This document shows, one piece after another, positions 29,138 to 39,670 of a stretch of DNA of 64,000 nucleotides; position 1 is the first letter of the stretch, and the number at the start of each line of letters is the position of its first letter. Made by a program: the position numbers and the translations under genes. Where the stretch lies: NCBI GenBank assembly GCA_965263165.1, contig OZ253584.1, positions 2,560,747 to 2,624,746 on the forward strand, written 5' to 3'. The notes below the pieces were generated by a model. That model made no database searches. It was not told the DNA's origin and saw nothing but the letters and a program-made list of their open reading frames with translations. Source of the DNA: Dehalococcoidia bacterium. Lineage in GTDB: Bacteria > Chloroflexota > Dehalococcoidia > Lucifugimonadales > SAR202-VII-2.

Positions 29138-29779
29138 ATGCGAATACTTTTGCTAGGGCCCCCGGGGGCCGGAAAGGGCACCCAGGCCGGAACCGTGGCT
29201 GAGAAGCTGGGCGCGCCCCACGTCGCCACGGGCGACATATTTCGAGAGAACGTTGGCCAGGCCACCGAGTTGGGAATCCTGGCCAAGCAGTACATGGATC
29301 AAGGCCAGCTCGTCCCTGACGATGTCACCATCGCCATGGTGCTGGACCGCTTGGGCCGGGACGATTGCGCCAACGGCGTGGTACTAGACGGCTTCCCGCG
29401 CACCATCGCTCAGGCGGAGGCCTTGGACCTAGCCCTTGCAGCCAAGGGCCAGCAGATTGATCGAGCGCTGCTTGTTGAGGTATCCGAGGACGAGTTGGTG
29501 AGCCGGCTCAGCGGGCGCAGGGTATGCCCAGGTTGCCAGCACTCCTACCACGTGGTGGAGGCGCCTCCAGGGGCCGAGGGCGTTTGCGACGATTGCGGCG
29601 GCAGGCTGGAGCAGCGGCCCGACGACGCGCCGGACAAGATACGGATCCGGTTCCAGGTGTACGCGGACCAGACGGCCCCGCTCGTTGGGTATTTTGAGAT
29701 GCAGGGCAAGCTGACGAGAATCAACGGAGAGCAACCGATTGAAGCAGTGACCCGCGACCTCGCGGCATCACTGCTTTGA
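29138..29779 (+). CDS. adk: Adenylate kinase (Zn-lid type)
   Basis: GPPGAGKGT, LDGFPRT, CPGC...CDDC lid. Confidence 0.99.
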   Translation: MRILLLGPPGAGKGTQAGTVAEKLGAPHVATGDIFRENVGQATELGILAKQYMDQGQLVPDDVTIAMVLDRLGRDDCANGVVLDGFPRTIAQAEALDLALAAKGQQIDRALLVEVSEDELVSRLSGRRVCPGCQHSYHVVEAPPGAEGVCDDCGGRLEQRPDDAPDKIRIRFQVYADQTAPLVGYFEMQGKLTRINGEQPIEAVTRDLAASLL

Positions 29780-29899
29780 GGCATAGAGCATTGCCCCATC
29801 ACAGCCACGGCGCTCACAGGGAACGTCGCGGGCCTCATGCGGCGGTTGGGACCAGCGCTGGGGAAATAGGGCTTGGCAAGCGGTCCATCGGTTGGGCTT

Positions 29900-29928
29900 T
29901 GGACTTTCCAGCAGGAACGAGTACAATA
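29900..29928 (+). promoter_or_regulatory. Internal promoter upstream of map
   Basis: TTGGAC-17nt-TACAAT in the adk-map gap (coordinates approximate to within 2 nt). Confidence 0.55.
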
Positions 29929-29986
29929 GAGAGCAGGCATCCCCGCCCGCAGCGGCAAGGCAGCGCCGGCGGGGTATGTTGACGTT

Positions 29987-30802
29987 ATGAACAACAGCTT
30001 CGTTTTTACCGCCGCGGCGGACCAACAGCAGGATGGGATAACCATCAAATCGGCCCGCGAGCTCAACGCCATGCGGCAGGCTGGGCGCGTCGTGGCATGG
30101 ACGGTTGAGGCCCTCCTCGCCGCTGTCCGGCCCGGCATGACCACAGGGGAGTTGGATGGCGTGGCGCGCCGGGAGATAGCCCGGCACGGGGCAGCGCCGT
30201 CATTCCTGGGCTACCGGGGATTTCCCGCCACGATCTGCACCTCGCTGAACGAGGAGATCGTACACGGCATTCCCGGCGACCGCGTCCTGCAGGAGGGAGA
30301 CCTCATAAAGCTGGATTGCGGCGCCATCGTCGACGGCGTCCATGCCGACTCGGCGGTAACCGTGGGTGTTGGCAGCGTCACGTCTGAGCAGGAGGAGTTG
30401 CTGCGGGTTACGCGCAACAGCTTGGAAGCAGGCATCAGCGCCAGCCGGGGCGGCGCCCGCGTCGGGGACATTGGGGCCGCTGTAGAGGGCTACGTTGCCA
30501 CACAGGGAGACTACGGGGTCGTCAGAGAATACGTGGGGCACGGGATTGGGCGGCGGTTGCACGAAGAACCACAAGTGCCCAATTACGCCCAGCCCTCGAA
30601 GGGTTCCCTGCTCAGACCCGGAATGGCCTTGGCCATTGAGCCGATGGTGAACCTGGGCACGTGGCGCACAAGAGTGCTGGACGATGGATGGACGGTGCTG
30701 ACGGCGGACGGAAAGCTGTCGGCCCATTTCGAACACACGATGATCATTACGGACGGCGAGGCAGAGGTAGTAACCCGCCGCCAACATGAGGAAACGCTCT
30801 AG
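29987..30802 (+). CDS. map: Methionine aminopeptidase type I
   Basis: NEEIVHGIP, DCGAIVDG, HADSA, GHGIG, AIEPMVN, SAHFEHT. Confidence 0.99.
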   Translation: MNNSFVFTAAADQQQDGITIKSARELNAMRQAGRVVAWTVEALLAAVRPGMTTGELDGVARREIARHGAAPSFLGYRGFPATICTSLNEEIVHGIPGDRVLQEGDLIKLDCGAIVDGVHADSAVTVGVGSVTSEQEELLRVTRNSLEAGISASRGGARVGDIGAAVEGYVATQGDYGVVREYVGHGIGRRLHEEPQVPNYAQPSKGSLLRPGMALAIEPMVNLGTWRTRVLDDGWTVLTADGKLSAHFEHTMIITDGEAEVVTRRQHEETL

Positions 30803-30817
30803 ACGGTAAGGAGGTCG

Positions 30818-31036
30818 ATGGCGAAGAAGGAGAGCATTGAAGTCGAGGGGTTGGTCAAGGAGGCGCTGCCCAACGCTTCCTTCCGCGTAGAGCTGGCCAA
30901 CGGGCACCTGGTTCTGGCCCATGCCTCCGGTAAGATACGTCTCCACTTCATCCGGGTTCTGCCTGGCGACCGCGTCCTAGTGGAACTCTCTCCCTACGAC
31001 CTCACCCGCGGCCGAATCACCTACCGGTTCAAGTAG
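30818..31036 (+). CDS. infA: Translation initiation factor IF-1
   Basis: [24 protein letters not shown]. Confidence 0.99.
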   Translation: MAKKESIEVEGLVKEALPNASFRVELANGHLVLAHASGKIRLHFIRVLPGDRVLVELSPYDLTRGRITYRFK

Positions 31037-31074
31037 GCGTTGCGTCCCGCCAGCCACTGAAAGGAACTATTGCT

Positions 31075-31188
31075 ATGAAAGTGAGAAGTTCGGCCAAGCC
31101 GATGTGCGACAAGTGCAAAATCATCCGTCGGAGAGGTGTGGTGCTGGTTATTTGCGAGAACCCGCGCCACCGCCAGAGACAGGGATAG
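31075..31188 (+). CDS. rpmJ: 50S ribosomal protein bL36 (37 aa, not in the ORF track)
   Basis: [37 protein letters not shown]. Confidence 0.97.
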   Translation: MKVRSSAKPMCDKCKIIRRRGVVLVICENPRHRQRQG

Positions 31189-31198
31189 GAGGCAAACG

Positions 31199-31582
31199 AT
31201 GGCTCTAGTAGCCGGCGTCAACATTCCGGACAACAAACGAGTCGAGATCGCTCTGCGGCGAGTGCATGGCGTGGGGCCTACGCGCTCCAAGGAGATCGTG
31301 GCCAGGCTTGGCATCGAGGGCAACCCTCGCATCTCCGAGCTCACCGACCAGGACATGAGCCGCATCCGCGAGGTCATAGACCGGGAATACACGGTGGAGG
31401 GTGACCTGCGGCGCGAGGTGAACCTCAACATTCGCCGCCTCATCGACATCGGGAGCTACCGGGGGCTGAGGCACCGCCACAACCTGCCGGCGCGGGGCCA
31501 GCAGACCCGCACCAATGCACGTACCCGCCGCGGGGCGCGGAAGACGGTGGCCGGACGCCGCCGCACCTTCGCCAAGAAGTAA
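31199..31582 (+). CDS. rpsM: 30S ribosomal protein uS13
   Basis: [29 protein letters not shown]. Confidence 0.98.
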   Translation: MALVAGVNIPDNKRVEIALRRVHGVGPTRSKEIVARLGIEGNPRISELTDQDMSRIREVIDREYTVEGDLRREVNLNIRRLIDIGSYRGLRHRHNLPARGQQTRTNARTRRGARKTVAGRRRTFAKK

Positions 31583-31615
31583 TCGCTTCAGAAGCAAACG
31601 CATCAAAGGAGAAAC

Positions 31616-32005
31616 ATGGCGCGCCAGCGAACGCGAACCCGCCGCCGGGAACGCAAATCCGTACCCGTGGGCAGGGCCTACGTCCAGTCCACCTTCAACA
31701 ACTCGCTCATCACGCTTACGGACCCGCAGGGAAATGTGATTTCGTGGAGCAGCTCGGGATCCGTGGGCTTCAAGGGGTCCCGGAAGGGCACCGCGTTCGC
31801 CGCCCAGAGGGCGGCTGAAGCTGCGGCCCGCAAGGCAATGGAGCATGGGCTGCACCAGATAGACGTTTACGTCAAGGGCGCCGGCTCCGGCCGCGAGGCC
31901 GCCATCCGCGCGCTGCAGGTGGCGGGCTTGCACGTCACAGGTATCATCGACGTAACCCCTGTTCCACACAACGGTTGCCGGCCACCCAAACAGCGCCGGG
32001 TCTAA
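31616..32005 (+). CDS. rpsK: 30S ribosomal protein uS11
   Basis: [22 protein letters not shown]. Confidence 0.99.
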   Translation: MARQRTRTRRRERKSVPVGRAYVQSTFNNSLITLTDPQGNVISWSSSGSVGFKGSRKGTAFAAQRAAEAAARKAMEHGLHQIDVYVKGAGSGREAAIRALQVAGLHVTGIIDVTPVPHNGCRPPKQRRV

Positions 32006-32022
32006 GGAGTTCGCACGAGCAT

Positions 32023-32649
32023 ATGGCACACTACACAGGACCAGTTTGTCGATTTTGCAGGCGCGCGGGGGAGAAGCTCTTCCTGAAGGGAGAGCGCTGC
32101 TTCTCACCAAAGTGCGCCATTGAGAAGCGCCGCCGGGCGCCCGGGGAGCAGATGCCCAGGCGCCGACGTCAGTCCGACCGGGCCGTTCAGCTCCGCGAGA
32201 AGCAGAAGCTGCGGCAGACCTACGGGGTGCTGGAGCGGCAGTTCAGCAACTACATGGCCGACGCCCGGCGGCAGAAGGGTGTTACGGGCCAGTTGCTGCT
32301 GCAGACGCTGGAAAGCCGCCTGGACAACGTCGTGTTCCGGTTGGGTTTCGCCGACTCCCGCAGCCAGGCGCGGCAATTGGTGACGCACGGCCACTTCAAC
32401 GTCAACGACAGAAAGACCGACATTCCGTCGTACTTGGTCAAGGCCGGCGACGCGATTGGGTGGCGCGAAAACAGCGCCAAGAACGAGTACTTCAAGATAT
32501 TAAAGGAGGGTGGCCTCAGACGCACACCCCCGAGTTGGCTTGGGTTGGACAGCGAGACGATGGCAGGCCGGGTCTATTCCATGCCCGACCCGCAGGAGGT
32601 TGACACTCGCATAGATACGCGGCTCATCGTGGAGTACTACTCCCGGTAG
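32023..32649 (+). CDS. rpsD: 30S ribosomal protein uS4
   Basis: [27 protein letters not shown]. Confidence 0.98.
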   Translation: MAHYTGPVCRFCRRAGEKLFLKGERCFSPKCAIEKRRRAPGEQMPRRRRQSDRAVQLREKQKLRQTYGVLERQFSNYMADARRQKGVTGQLLLQTLESRLDNVVFRLGFADSRSQARQLVTHGHFNVNDRKTDIPSYLVKAGDAIGWRENSAKNEYFKILKEGGLRRTPPSWLGLDSETMAGRVYSMPDPQEVDTRIDTRLIVEYYSR

Positions 32650-32705
32650 CGATCCAAAGCCCTTTCGACGTAGCGCATGAGCCGTTCGGCGGCATATGAG
32701 GAGGA

Positions 32706-33749
32706 TTGCACACAGCTATGGTAACCAATGGGGTTCCCCGCCCCGAAGTCAAGACACTCGAGAGCACCAACATCTATGCAAAATTCGCCGTGGAACCCTT
32801 GGAGCGGGGCTTCGCCACCTCCTTGGGCAATCCCTTGCGCCGGGTTCTGCTCAATAGCGTTCTAGGGGCAGCGGTCACCTGGATTCGGATTGATGGGATT
32901 CTTCACGAGTACACGGCCATCCCAAACGTGAGGGAGGATGTCCAAGAGTTCATCCTGAACGTCAAATCCCTCCGGCTGCGCGCCCGCAGCGAACGCTCCT
33001 GCACCCTTCAGTTGGAGACAGAGGGCCAGACGGAGGTGTACGCCAGGGACATTGTGGCGCCGCCGGACTTCGAGATCATGAACCCGGACCTGCTGCTGGC
33101 CACGCTGGACTCCCCGGAGGCCAGGCTGTCCGTGCAGTTCAACGTCGAGCACGGCAAGGGCTACCAGCCCGCGGAAGCCAAGGACGGCATGCCCATCGGC
33201 GTTATTCCGGTGGACGCCATCTTCAGCCCCGTTCGAAAGGTGAACTACACGGTTGAGCACACGCGGGTCGGTCAGTTCACCGACTACGAACGCCTGATCG
33301 TGGAGGTGCTCACCGACGGCACCCTCAACCCCCTGGAGGCCATGCGCTCGGCCGCCGACATGCTGGTGGAGCACTTCTTCCTCCTGACGAACGCGGCGGC
33401 AGCCGAGGGCAAAGAGGGTTCTCCGGCCGCTCTATCGGAGCCGATCGAGACGCTAGGCCTGACATCCCGCACAATGAACAGCTTGAAGCGGGCCGGGCTC
33501 AACAATGTGGGCGATCTTGTGGAGATGCCCAAACAGGTACTCCTGAAGACGCGGAACTTCGGCGAGAAGTCCATGCAGGAAGTGTACGAGAAGCTAGAGG
33601 AGATGGGGTTTGTCCTGCCCGACGACGCGGCGGGAGTGGCAGGAAGCCCCGAAGGGGATGCGCCGGATGATGAGGCGGGCAGCTTCGAAGACGATGCGGC
33701 GGTGGCGACCGCCGCTGAGGCGCCCGATGAAGAGGAGGAGACAGCATGA
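32706..33749 (+). CDS. rpoA: RNA polymerase alpha subunit with an acidic tail
   Basis: EPLERGF, LGNPLRRVLL, HEY, KVNYTVE, RNFGEKS. Confidence 0.98.
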   Translation: MHTAMVTNGVPRPEVKTLESTNIYAKFAVEPLERGFATSLGNPLRRVLLNSVLGAAVTWIRIDGILHEYTAIPNVREDVQEFILNVKSLRLRARSERSCTLQLETEGQTEVYARDIVAPPDFEIMNPDLLLATLDSPEARLSVQFNVEHGKGYQPAEAKDGMPIGVIPVDAIFSPVRKVNYTVEHTRVGQFTDYERLIVEVLTDGTLNPLEAMRSAADMLVEHFFLLTNAAAAEGKEGSPAALSEPIETLGLTSRTMNSLKRAGLNNVGDLVEMPKQVLLKTRNFGEKSMQEVYEKLEEMGFVLPDDAAGVAGSPEGDAPDDEAGSFEDDAAVATAAEAPDEEEETA

Positions 33750-34099
33750 TCCATCGAGTAGCAGGGCGGCGGTTGGGGCGCACTTCCGGGCCCCGGCGGG
33801 CGCTGTTGAGAAACCTCGTTGCCTCTCTGATCCGCCACGAGCACATCCGCACTACCGAGGCCAAAGCCAAGGAGGCGCGGCCAATGGCCGAATCGTTGAT
33901 CACGCTGGCCAAGAAGGGCACGTTGCACAGCCGGCGTCAGGCCTTGTCGAAGGTGCCTCAGAAGGATGTTGTGAAGAAGCTCTTCGACGAGCTTGGCCCC
34001 CGTTATGAAGAGCGGGCGGGCGGCTACACGCGCATCATCAAGATTGGTTTTCGCAAAGGGGACGCCGCTCCCTTGGTGCAGTTGGAGTTCGTGGAGTAA
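33746..34099 (+). CDS. rplQ: 50S ribosomal protein bL17
   Basis: RRLGRTSG, TTEAKAKE, GGYTRIIK. Confidence 0.99.
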   Translation: MIHRVAGRRLGRTSGPRRALLRNLVASLIRHEHIRTTEAKAKEARPMAESLITLAKKGTLHSRRQALSKVPQKDVVKKLFDELGPRYEERAGGYTRIIKIGFRKGDAAPLVQLEFVE

Positions 34100-34105
34100 C
34101 ACAGC

Positions 34106-34930
34106 GTGCGTAGCCAACCCCTCGAGACATCGAGGAGGCGGATCGCCCTTCGCATTGAGTACGATGGAACCGAATACCTGGGCTCGCAGCTTCAAAGCTC
34201 CGGGCCCACAATCCAGGGAGAGCTCGAGCGAGCCCTGGAGCAGTTGACCAGCACCTTTACACGAGTGAGCTTGGCAGGCCGCACGGACGCCGGGGTTCAT
34301 GCCCTGGGACAGGTGGCAGCCTTCACAACGCCGGCCCCCTACCCGCCTGATACGTTCCGACGGGCTCTCAACGCCCACCTGCCGGACGGCATCAAGGTCC
34401 GGGCCGCCCACGACGTGGCGGCCTCCTTCGATCCAAGGCGCGAGGCGGCAAGCCGCACCTATTGCTACGCCATCCTGAACCGCGATGCGCCGTCGCCGCT
34501 ACTGCGGCGCTACACGCACCACGTGGCGCAGGCCCTATCCGTCGATGCGATGGACATGGCGGCAAGGAGCCTTGAAGGGCGACGCGACGCGGCATCGTTC
34601 GGAGGGATCCCTGGCGCGGGGCGGTCGTCTGTGAGGACGGTGCAGTTGTGCCGGGTCTTCAAGCAGGGGGACCTAGTCCTGCTGGTGATCCGGGCGAGCG
34701 CCTTCCTTCAGGGGCAGGTGCGGCGCACCGCAGGAACGTTGGCCCAGGTCGGCGCAGGGAAGCTTGATGGCGATGGATTCCTGCGGATCAGGGATGCGGC
34801 GCAGGCCGGGGCTGCGGGGCCAGCCTTGCCGGCGCAGGGCCTGTGCCTGCTCGCAGTGGAGTACAGCGGCCTACCGCCAGCGCCTTTGGAGGGCTGGCCG
34901 CCCGGAGCGCGCCCGCCGGCGCAACAGTAG
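34106..34930 (+). CDS. truA: tRNA pseudouridine(38-40) synthase
   Basis: [31 protein letters not shown]. Confidence 0.96.
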   Translation: MRSQPLETSRRRIALRIEYDGTEYLGSQLQSSGPTIQGELERALEQLTSTFTRVSLAGRTDAGVHALGQVAAFTTPAPYPPDTFRRALNAHLPDGIKVRAAHDVAASFDPRREAASRTYCYAILNRDAPSPLLRRYTHHVAQALSVDAMDMAARSLEGRRDAASFGGIPGAGRSSVRTVQLCRVFKQGDLVLLVIRASAFLQGQVRRTAGTLAQVGAGKLDGDGFLRIRDAAQAGAAGPALPAQGLCLLAVEYSGLPPAPLEGWPPGARPPAQQ

Positions 34931-35063
34931 CCGCCGGCGCAGGATTGAGACAGGTTGGCATCGCCGCGAGGAGAACGCGAGGAAGACACCGGGGCCGTAC
35001 GCCCCGCGAATAGGACAGGTAGGACCGCCCGCGTGGGTCTCGCCTGACACAAGGAATATTGCA

Positions 35064-35789
35064 ATGGTTGAAAAGACGTATAGTCCGAAAGCATCAGAGC
35101 TATCGAGCACCTGGCGCGTCATAGATGCCGAAGGCCAAGTGCTGGGGCGGCTGGCGACGCAGATCGCAGGGCTGCTCCAGGGCAAGCACAAGCCGGGGTA
35201 CGCGCGCCACATGTTGACCGGCGACTTCATCATCGTCGTGAACGCCGAAAAGGTGGCGATCACGGGGCGAAAGCGCGCGCAGAAGGTGTACTACCGCCAC
35301 ACCGGCTACATGGGCCACCTGAAGGAGACGCCCCTGTGGAAGATGCTGGAAACGCACCCGGAGCGGGTGCTTCAGAAAGCCATCAAGGGCATGCTGCCAA
35401 AGAACTCCCTGGGCAGCCAGATGTTTCGACGGCTGAAGATTTACCCGGGACCCGATCATCCGCACCAGGCTCAGGTCCTCGGTGGAGAGAGGGCCAATCT
35501 GCGCACGCCGCAGCGCCCGCTAGAAGAGCGGCGAAAGAAACGCCCCGGGCGAGTCAAGACTCCTGTCGAGGAGGCCGCCGTAGCAGCGGCGGCCGCGGAA
35601 GAAGCAGTCTCCACTATCGAGGAGCCGGCAGCCGCGGCTGAGGAGCAGACGGTGGCGGAGGCTTCCCAGGAGCCGGTGGCCGAGGGACAGACGGACGCCG
35701 TTGCCGGGCCGGAGGGAGAGGACGTGGCCCCCGCCGATGAGCCCGCCGAGGCGGAAGCCGCCGAGACCGAAGAGAAAAGAGAGGCCTAA
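35064..35789 (+). CDS. rplM: 50S ribosomal protein uL13 with a C-terminal basic-then-acidic extension
   Basis: [38 protein letters not shown] core. Confidence 0.97.
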   Translation: MVEKTYSPKASELSSTWRVIDAEGQVLGRLATQIAGLLQGKHKPGYARHMLTGDFIIVVNAEKVAITGRKRAQKVYYRHTGYMGHLKETPLWKMLETHPERVLQKAIKGMLPKNSLGSQMFRRLKIYPGPDHPHQAQVLGGERANLRTPQRPLEERRKKRPGRVKTPVEEAAVAAAAAEEAVSTIEEPAAAAEEQTVAEASQEPVAEGQTDAVAGPEGEDVAPADEPAEAEAAETEEKREA

Positions 35790-35792
35790 GAA

Positions 35793-36200
35793 ATGACCAC
35801 AGAAATCACTGCTCACTATCACTACGGGACTGGCCGCCGGAAGAACGCTATCGCCCAGGTCCGGCTGTATCCCGGCGACGGCAGCGTTGTGATCAACAAC
35901 AAGCCCTGGGAGGAGTACTTTCCCCTGGAGATCTGGCGCAACGAGATCGCCGCCCCTCTGCGGGTGACCCAGACCCAGAGCAAGTACAACGTCATTGCTA
36001 AGGTGCACGGCGGCGGCGTCCACGGCCAGGCCGGGGCCACGCGCCTGGGCATTGCCCGCGCGCTGGTCAAGGCCGACGAGGAGCAGTACAAACCGCTATT
36101 GCGTCGGAACCGCCTCCTGACCAGGGACTCCCGAGTGAAGGAGAGCAAGAAATACGGTCTCAAGCGGGCTCGCCGGGCGCAGCAGTACACCAAGCGGTAG
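35793..36200 (+). CDS. rpsI: 30S ribosomal protein uS9
   Basis: GTGRRKNAIA, GGGVHGQAGA, ARRAQQYTKR. Confidence 0.99.
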   Translation: MTTEITAHYHYGTGRRKNAIAQVRLYPGDGSVVINNKPWEEYFPLEIWRNEIAAPLRVTQTQSKYNVIAKVHGGGVHGQAGATRLGIARALVKADEEQYKPLLRRNRLLTRDSRVKESKKYGLKRARRAQQYTKR

Positions 36201-36222
36201 CATCACGCCATCGGGACGCTTT

Positions 36223-36262
36223 ACCGGGGGGCCGCATCGGTGCGGCCCCCCGGTTTCTGTTT
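36223..36262 (+). terminator. Rho-independent terminator of the ribosomal superoperon
   Basis: 14-bp GC-rich stem with a tcgg loop, followed by tttctgttt. Confidence 0.85.
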
Positions 36263-36545
36263 GGCGGGGTGGTGCACAGGACGCCCGGCCAGACCGGCTG
36301 AAGCAGAACCGCGGCCACGCGCCGCCCCAACCGGGGCAAGGGCGTTAACGCCGGCAGCCGGCCTACCATCAGACTCGATTCGAGATGGCCCCCGACATCG
36401 CTTGCATAGGAAACGGCGCCGGACTGGGATTGGGGCCGCCCGGGGGCGCAAGGGAATGGCTCACTCTGGGGCGTCTACCAGATGAGGCAACCGCGCCGCC
36501 TCATCTGGCGTCCTGCAGAAAGCGCGGTGTATGATAATGTGCGAA

Positions 36546-37685
36546 ATGCACACCCCGAAACGTCTCGCGGTGCTTGGGTCAGGCGGAGCTCTTGGAGGGG
36601 CGGTCCTGGAGATCGCCAGAGCCTTTCCGGATCGGATCAAGGTTGTGGGGCTGGGGGCGCGCAGCAACACTTCCCTGCTGGCCCAGCAGATTCAAGAATT
36701 CCAGCCGGCCATGGTAGCCAACAGTGGCGGCTTCCAGCTTCCCCGCGGCTTCGAGGCCGGGTCCGCCAAGGTCGTTTCCACCGAAGAATTGGTGTCGAGC
36801 CCTGACGTTCACACGGTAGTGGTCACGGAAATGGGCGCCCTGGCGCTTGACTCCATCCTCCGGGCAATTCGCAACGGAAAGACCGTCGTCCTAGGCAACA
36901 AGGAAGCACTGATCATGGCGGGCCCGCTCCTGACCTATGAAGCCGCCCTGCACGACGCCAAGCTCATTCCGATGGACAGCGAGACGACGGCGGTGTGGCA
37001 GTGCATGATGGAGGAGCAGGAGCCGCCGGATCGGCTGATCATTCCGTCGCGGTTCGGGCCGGTTCTCGCGGGAGAGATGGGCCACATGGCCCGCGTTAGC
37101 CCGGAAACCTTCACCACCAGGGCCCGCCGTCCCCTGGGGCGGAAACGGGCCATAGACGGATCAACGCTGATGAATAAGGCCATGCAGGTCGCCGAGGTCC
37201 ACTACCTGTTCAACATACCCCTAGACCGCATTGCCGTGCTGTTCCACCCACAGGACCGGGTGAGGGCGCTGCTGGAGCTTTCGGACGGTGCCATCAAGGC
37301 TGTGATGGCCTCATCCGATCCGCGCCTGGCTATTCAGGTTGCGTTGGCCTTTCCAGAACGATGGGGGAACGCCGAGCTGCCGAGCATTACAGCTGCAGAC
37401 CTGACGGAGCTGACGTTTCACTCATTAGAGGAGAACCAGTTCCCGTGCTTCAGCCTTGCGTTGGATGCCGTGAAACGGGGCAGCACCTACCCCGCCGCCC
37501 TCAACGCCGCCAACGAGACGGCGGTATCCCTGTTCCTCTACCAACAGATAGGCTTCCAAGAGATACCCACGATTATCGAGCGGACGCTGGCCTCGCACCA
37601 GCCTGTGGCAGACCCCACCTACGACGACATCATCGCCACCGATAACTGGGCTAGGGAGTTTGCCGCCGCGCAAACGGCCAGCTAG
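36546..37685 (+). CDS. DXR (1-deoxy-D-xylulose 5-phosphate reductoisomerase)-like protein with a degenerate active site
   Basis: DXR fold (LGSGGALG, LGNKE, MDSE, MNK, AALNAANE), but multiple catalytic residues are substituted. Confidence 0.85.
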   Translation: MHTPKRLAVLGSGGALGGAVLEIARAFPDRIKVVGLGARSNTSLLAQQIQEFQPAMVANSGGFQLPRGFEAGSAKVVSTEELVSSPDVHTVVVTEMGALALDSILRAIRNGKTVVLGNKEALIMAGPLLTYEAALHDAKLIPMDSETTAVWQCMMEEQEPPDRLIIPSRFGPVLAGEMGHMARVSPETFTTRARRPLGRKRAIDGSTLMNKAMQVAEVHYLFNIPLDRIAVLFHPQDRVRALLELSDGAIKAVMASSDPRLAIQVALAFPERWGNAELPSITAADLTELTFHSLEENQFPCFSLALDAVKRGSTYPAALNAANETAVSLFLYQQIGFQEIPTIIERTLASHQPVADPTYDDIIATDNWAREFAAAQTAS

Positions 37686-37693
37686 GGCTACAG

Positions 37694-38788
37694 CTACTCG
37701 TAGACGATGACGCCTCGGCCGGGCAGGCCGCGCTCCAGGTCTCCGTAGGCCTCGTTGACTTGGTCTATGCCGTAGGCGCGTTGCTTGAGGTTCGCCAGGT
37801 CCAGCTTGCCCTCCTGCACCAGCCGCGTCAGTTTGGGAAAGTCCACGTGGGCGCGCGCCGATCCGTAGTAGCAGCCCTTGACGACCTTCTCCATGCGGGT
37901 AAGCGTCGTCAGATCGACTGACAGGGCTTCGCCCACCGGCGCCAACCCGACGATGGTCACGGTCCCGGCCTTGCGGGCGGCGTCGTAGGCAACCTTGGAC
38001 GTTGCTGCGCCCCCAAAGGACTCGAAGGTGTAGTCGGCGCCAAGGCCTCCGGTGAGCTCCTTGATGCGGGCCACGGGATCTTCCCTGGATGCGTTGACGG
38101 CGTCTGTGGCGCCGAACTGCGCGGCCATCTGCAATGCCTCGTCGCTAACGTCCACGGCGATGATCGTCCCGGCGTTGACCAGGCGGGCGCCCTGCAGGAT
38201 GTTGAGCCCCACTCCGCCGCAACCGATCACGGCAACGCTGCTGCCTGCCTCAACCTGGGCCGTGTTGATCACGGCGCCCACGCCCGTGGGGACGCTGCAC
38301 CCCATGAGGGCCGCCTGGTCCAGCGGAAACCCCTGCGGAAGCTTCACGCACGCCGAGGCGGGCACCACGGCATACTGTCCAAAGCAGCCGAGCTTTGCGA
38401 ATTGGTAGATCTCAGTGTCGCCCTTGCGGAGGCGGGTTGTGCCGTCCATCAAGGCGCCCCTGGCCACGGAGCCCACGTCGCAGAGATACGGACGGCCAAT
38501 GCTGCAATAGTGGCAGAAGCCGCAGTTGGGGACGAAGCTGAGGATAACGGGGTCGCCCACGCCGATGGTGGATACGCCGGGCCCCAACTCTTCCACAATG
38601 GCCGCTCCTTCGTGGCCCAGCACGACAGGCATCATGAAGGGAGCGTGGCCCACCATGAAATGGTAGTCGCTCCGACAGACTCCGGCGGAGGCCATGCGCA
38701 CCAGGACCTCGTTCTCGCGAGGCGGCAGGACCTCCAACTCCGCAATGACCATGGGTGTATTGGGCTCGTAGAGAACAGCCGCTTTCAT
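37694..38788 (-). CDS. Zn-dependent alcohol dehydrogenase (class III-like)
   Basis: CRSD, GHEGA, CGFCHYC...C, GCGGVG. Confidence 0.92.
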   Translation of the reverse strand: MKAAVLYEPNTPMVIAELEVLPPRENEVLVRMASAGVCRSDYHFMVGHAPFMMPVVLGHEGAAIVEELGPGVSTIGVGDPVILSFVPNCGFCHYCSIGRPYLCDVGSVARGALMDGTTRLRKGDTEIYQFAKLGCFGQYAVVPASACVKLPQGFPLDQAALMGCSVPTGVGAVINTAQVEAGSSVAVIGCGGVGLNILQGARLVNAGTIIAVDVSDEALQMAAQFGATDAVNASREDPVARIKELTGGLGADYTFESFGGAATSKVAYDAARKAGTVTIVGLAPVGEALSVDLTTLTRMEKVVKGCYYGSARAHVDFPKLTRLVQEGKLDLANLKQRAYGIDQVNEAYGDLERGLPGRGVIVYE

Positions 38789-38875
38789 GGTTTGATTCCT
38801 CCCTTGCTGTGTGGGCCCGGCCCTTCGGGGCCAAACTTTCCTAGCTTCAACTGCGATTCAGGCTCTTGAACAGCG

Positions 38876-39646
38876 CTAGCGAGCGTCTCTCCGCGGCATG
38901 AAAAAGTCGTCGCGGACGAAGATGTTTCCGGTCAGGTAGTAACCCTGGGGAGAGGCGAGCAGCACCGCCAGCGGAGCAATGTCCTCCGGCAAGCCGACTG
39001 TGTTCGCTTCACGTTTGTGGGACTGTATCTGTTGCGGCATATCCCGACGCCACAACTCGGTGTCGGTGGCGCCGGGGGCGAAGGCATTCACCGTAATGCT
39101 GGAGGCCGCCAGCTCCTGGGCCAGGGCCCTGGTGAAGGCGATGACGCCTCCTTTGGACGCGACGTAATGGGCGTTGCCCACTGCCAGGGGGACCGCTCTG
39201 GGCCGCACCCCAAGCAGGGAGGCAAAGTTGATGATCCTTCCCTCTCCGCGGGTCTCCATGTGAGGGATCGAGGCCTTGCAACAGAGGTATGTTCCCTTCA
39301 AGTTCAGGTCCAGGATGCGGTCCCATTCATCTTCCGGCAGGTCTTTGAGGTTGAAGTTCCCGCCGCTGGCGGCCGTGTTCACGAGGACGTCCAATCCACC
39401 AAGTGCGTCGACCACCGACGCCACCGTCTGCGTCACCTGGGACGCATCCGAAATGTCGGCGGCGAATGCCTCGGCTTTGCCTCCCTCCTCCTTGATCTGC
39501 GCCTTCACGCTCTCAGCGCTGGCAAGCCGGTTGTCGACCAACGCAACGGTCGCACCGGACCGGGCCATCTCGAGGGCGAACGCCCTGCCGAAGCCCCCGC
39601 CCCCACCGGTGATGAGGGCCACCTTATCGTCCAATCGGATGTCCAT
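38876..39646 (-). CDS. SDR family oxidoreductase
   Basis: TGGGGGFG, YVASK. Confidence 0.92.
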   Translation of the reverse strand: MDIRLDDKVALITGGGGGFGRAFALEMARSGATVALVDNRLASAESVKAQIKEEGGKAEAFAADISDASQVTQTVASVVDALGGLDVLVNTAASGGNFNLKDLPEDEWDRILDLNLKGTYLCCKASIPHMETRGEGRIINFASLLGVRPRAVPLAVGNAHYVASKGGVIAFTRALAQELAASSITVNAFAPGATDTELWRRDMPQQIQSHKREANTVGLPEDIAPLAVLLASPQGYYLTGNIFVRDDFFMPRRDAR

Positions 39647-39670
39647 AGATTCTCCCTGGCGGGTGGGCGG

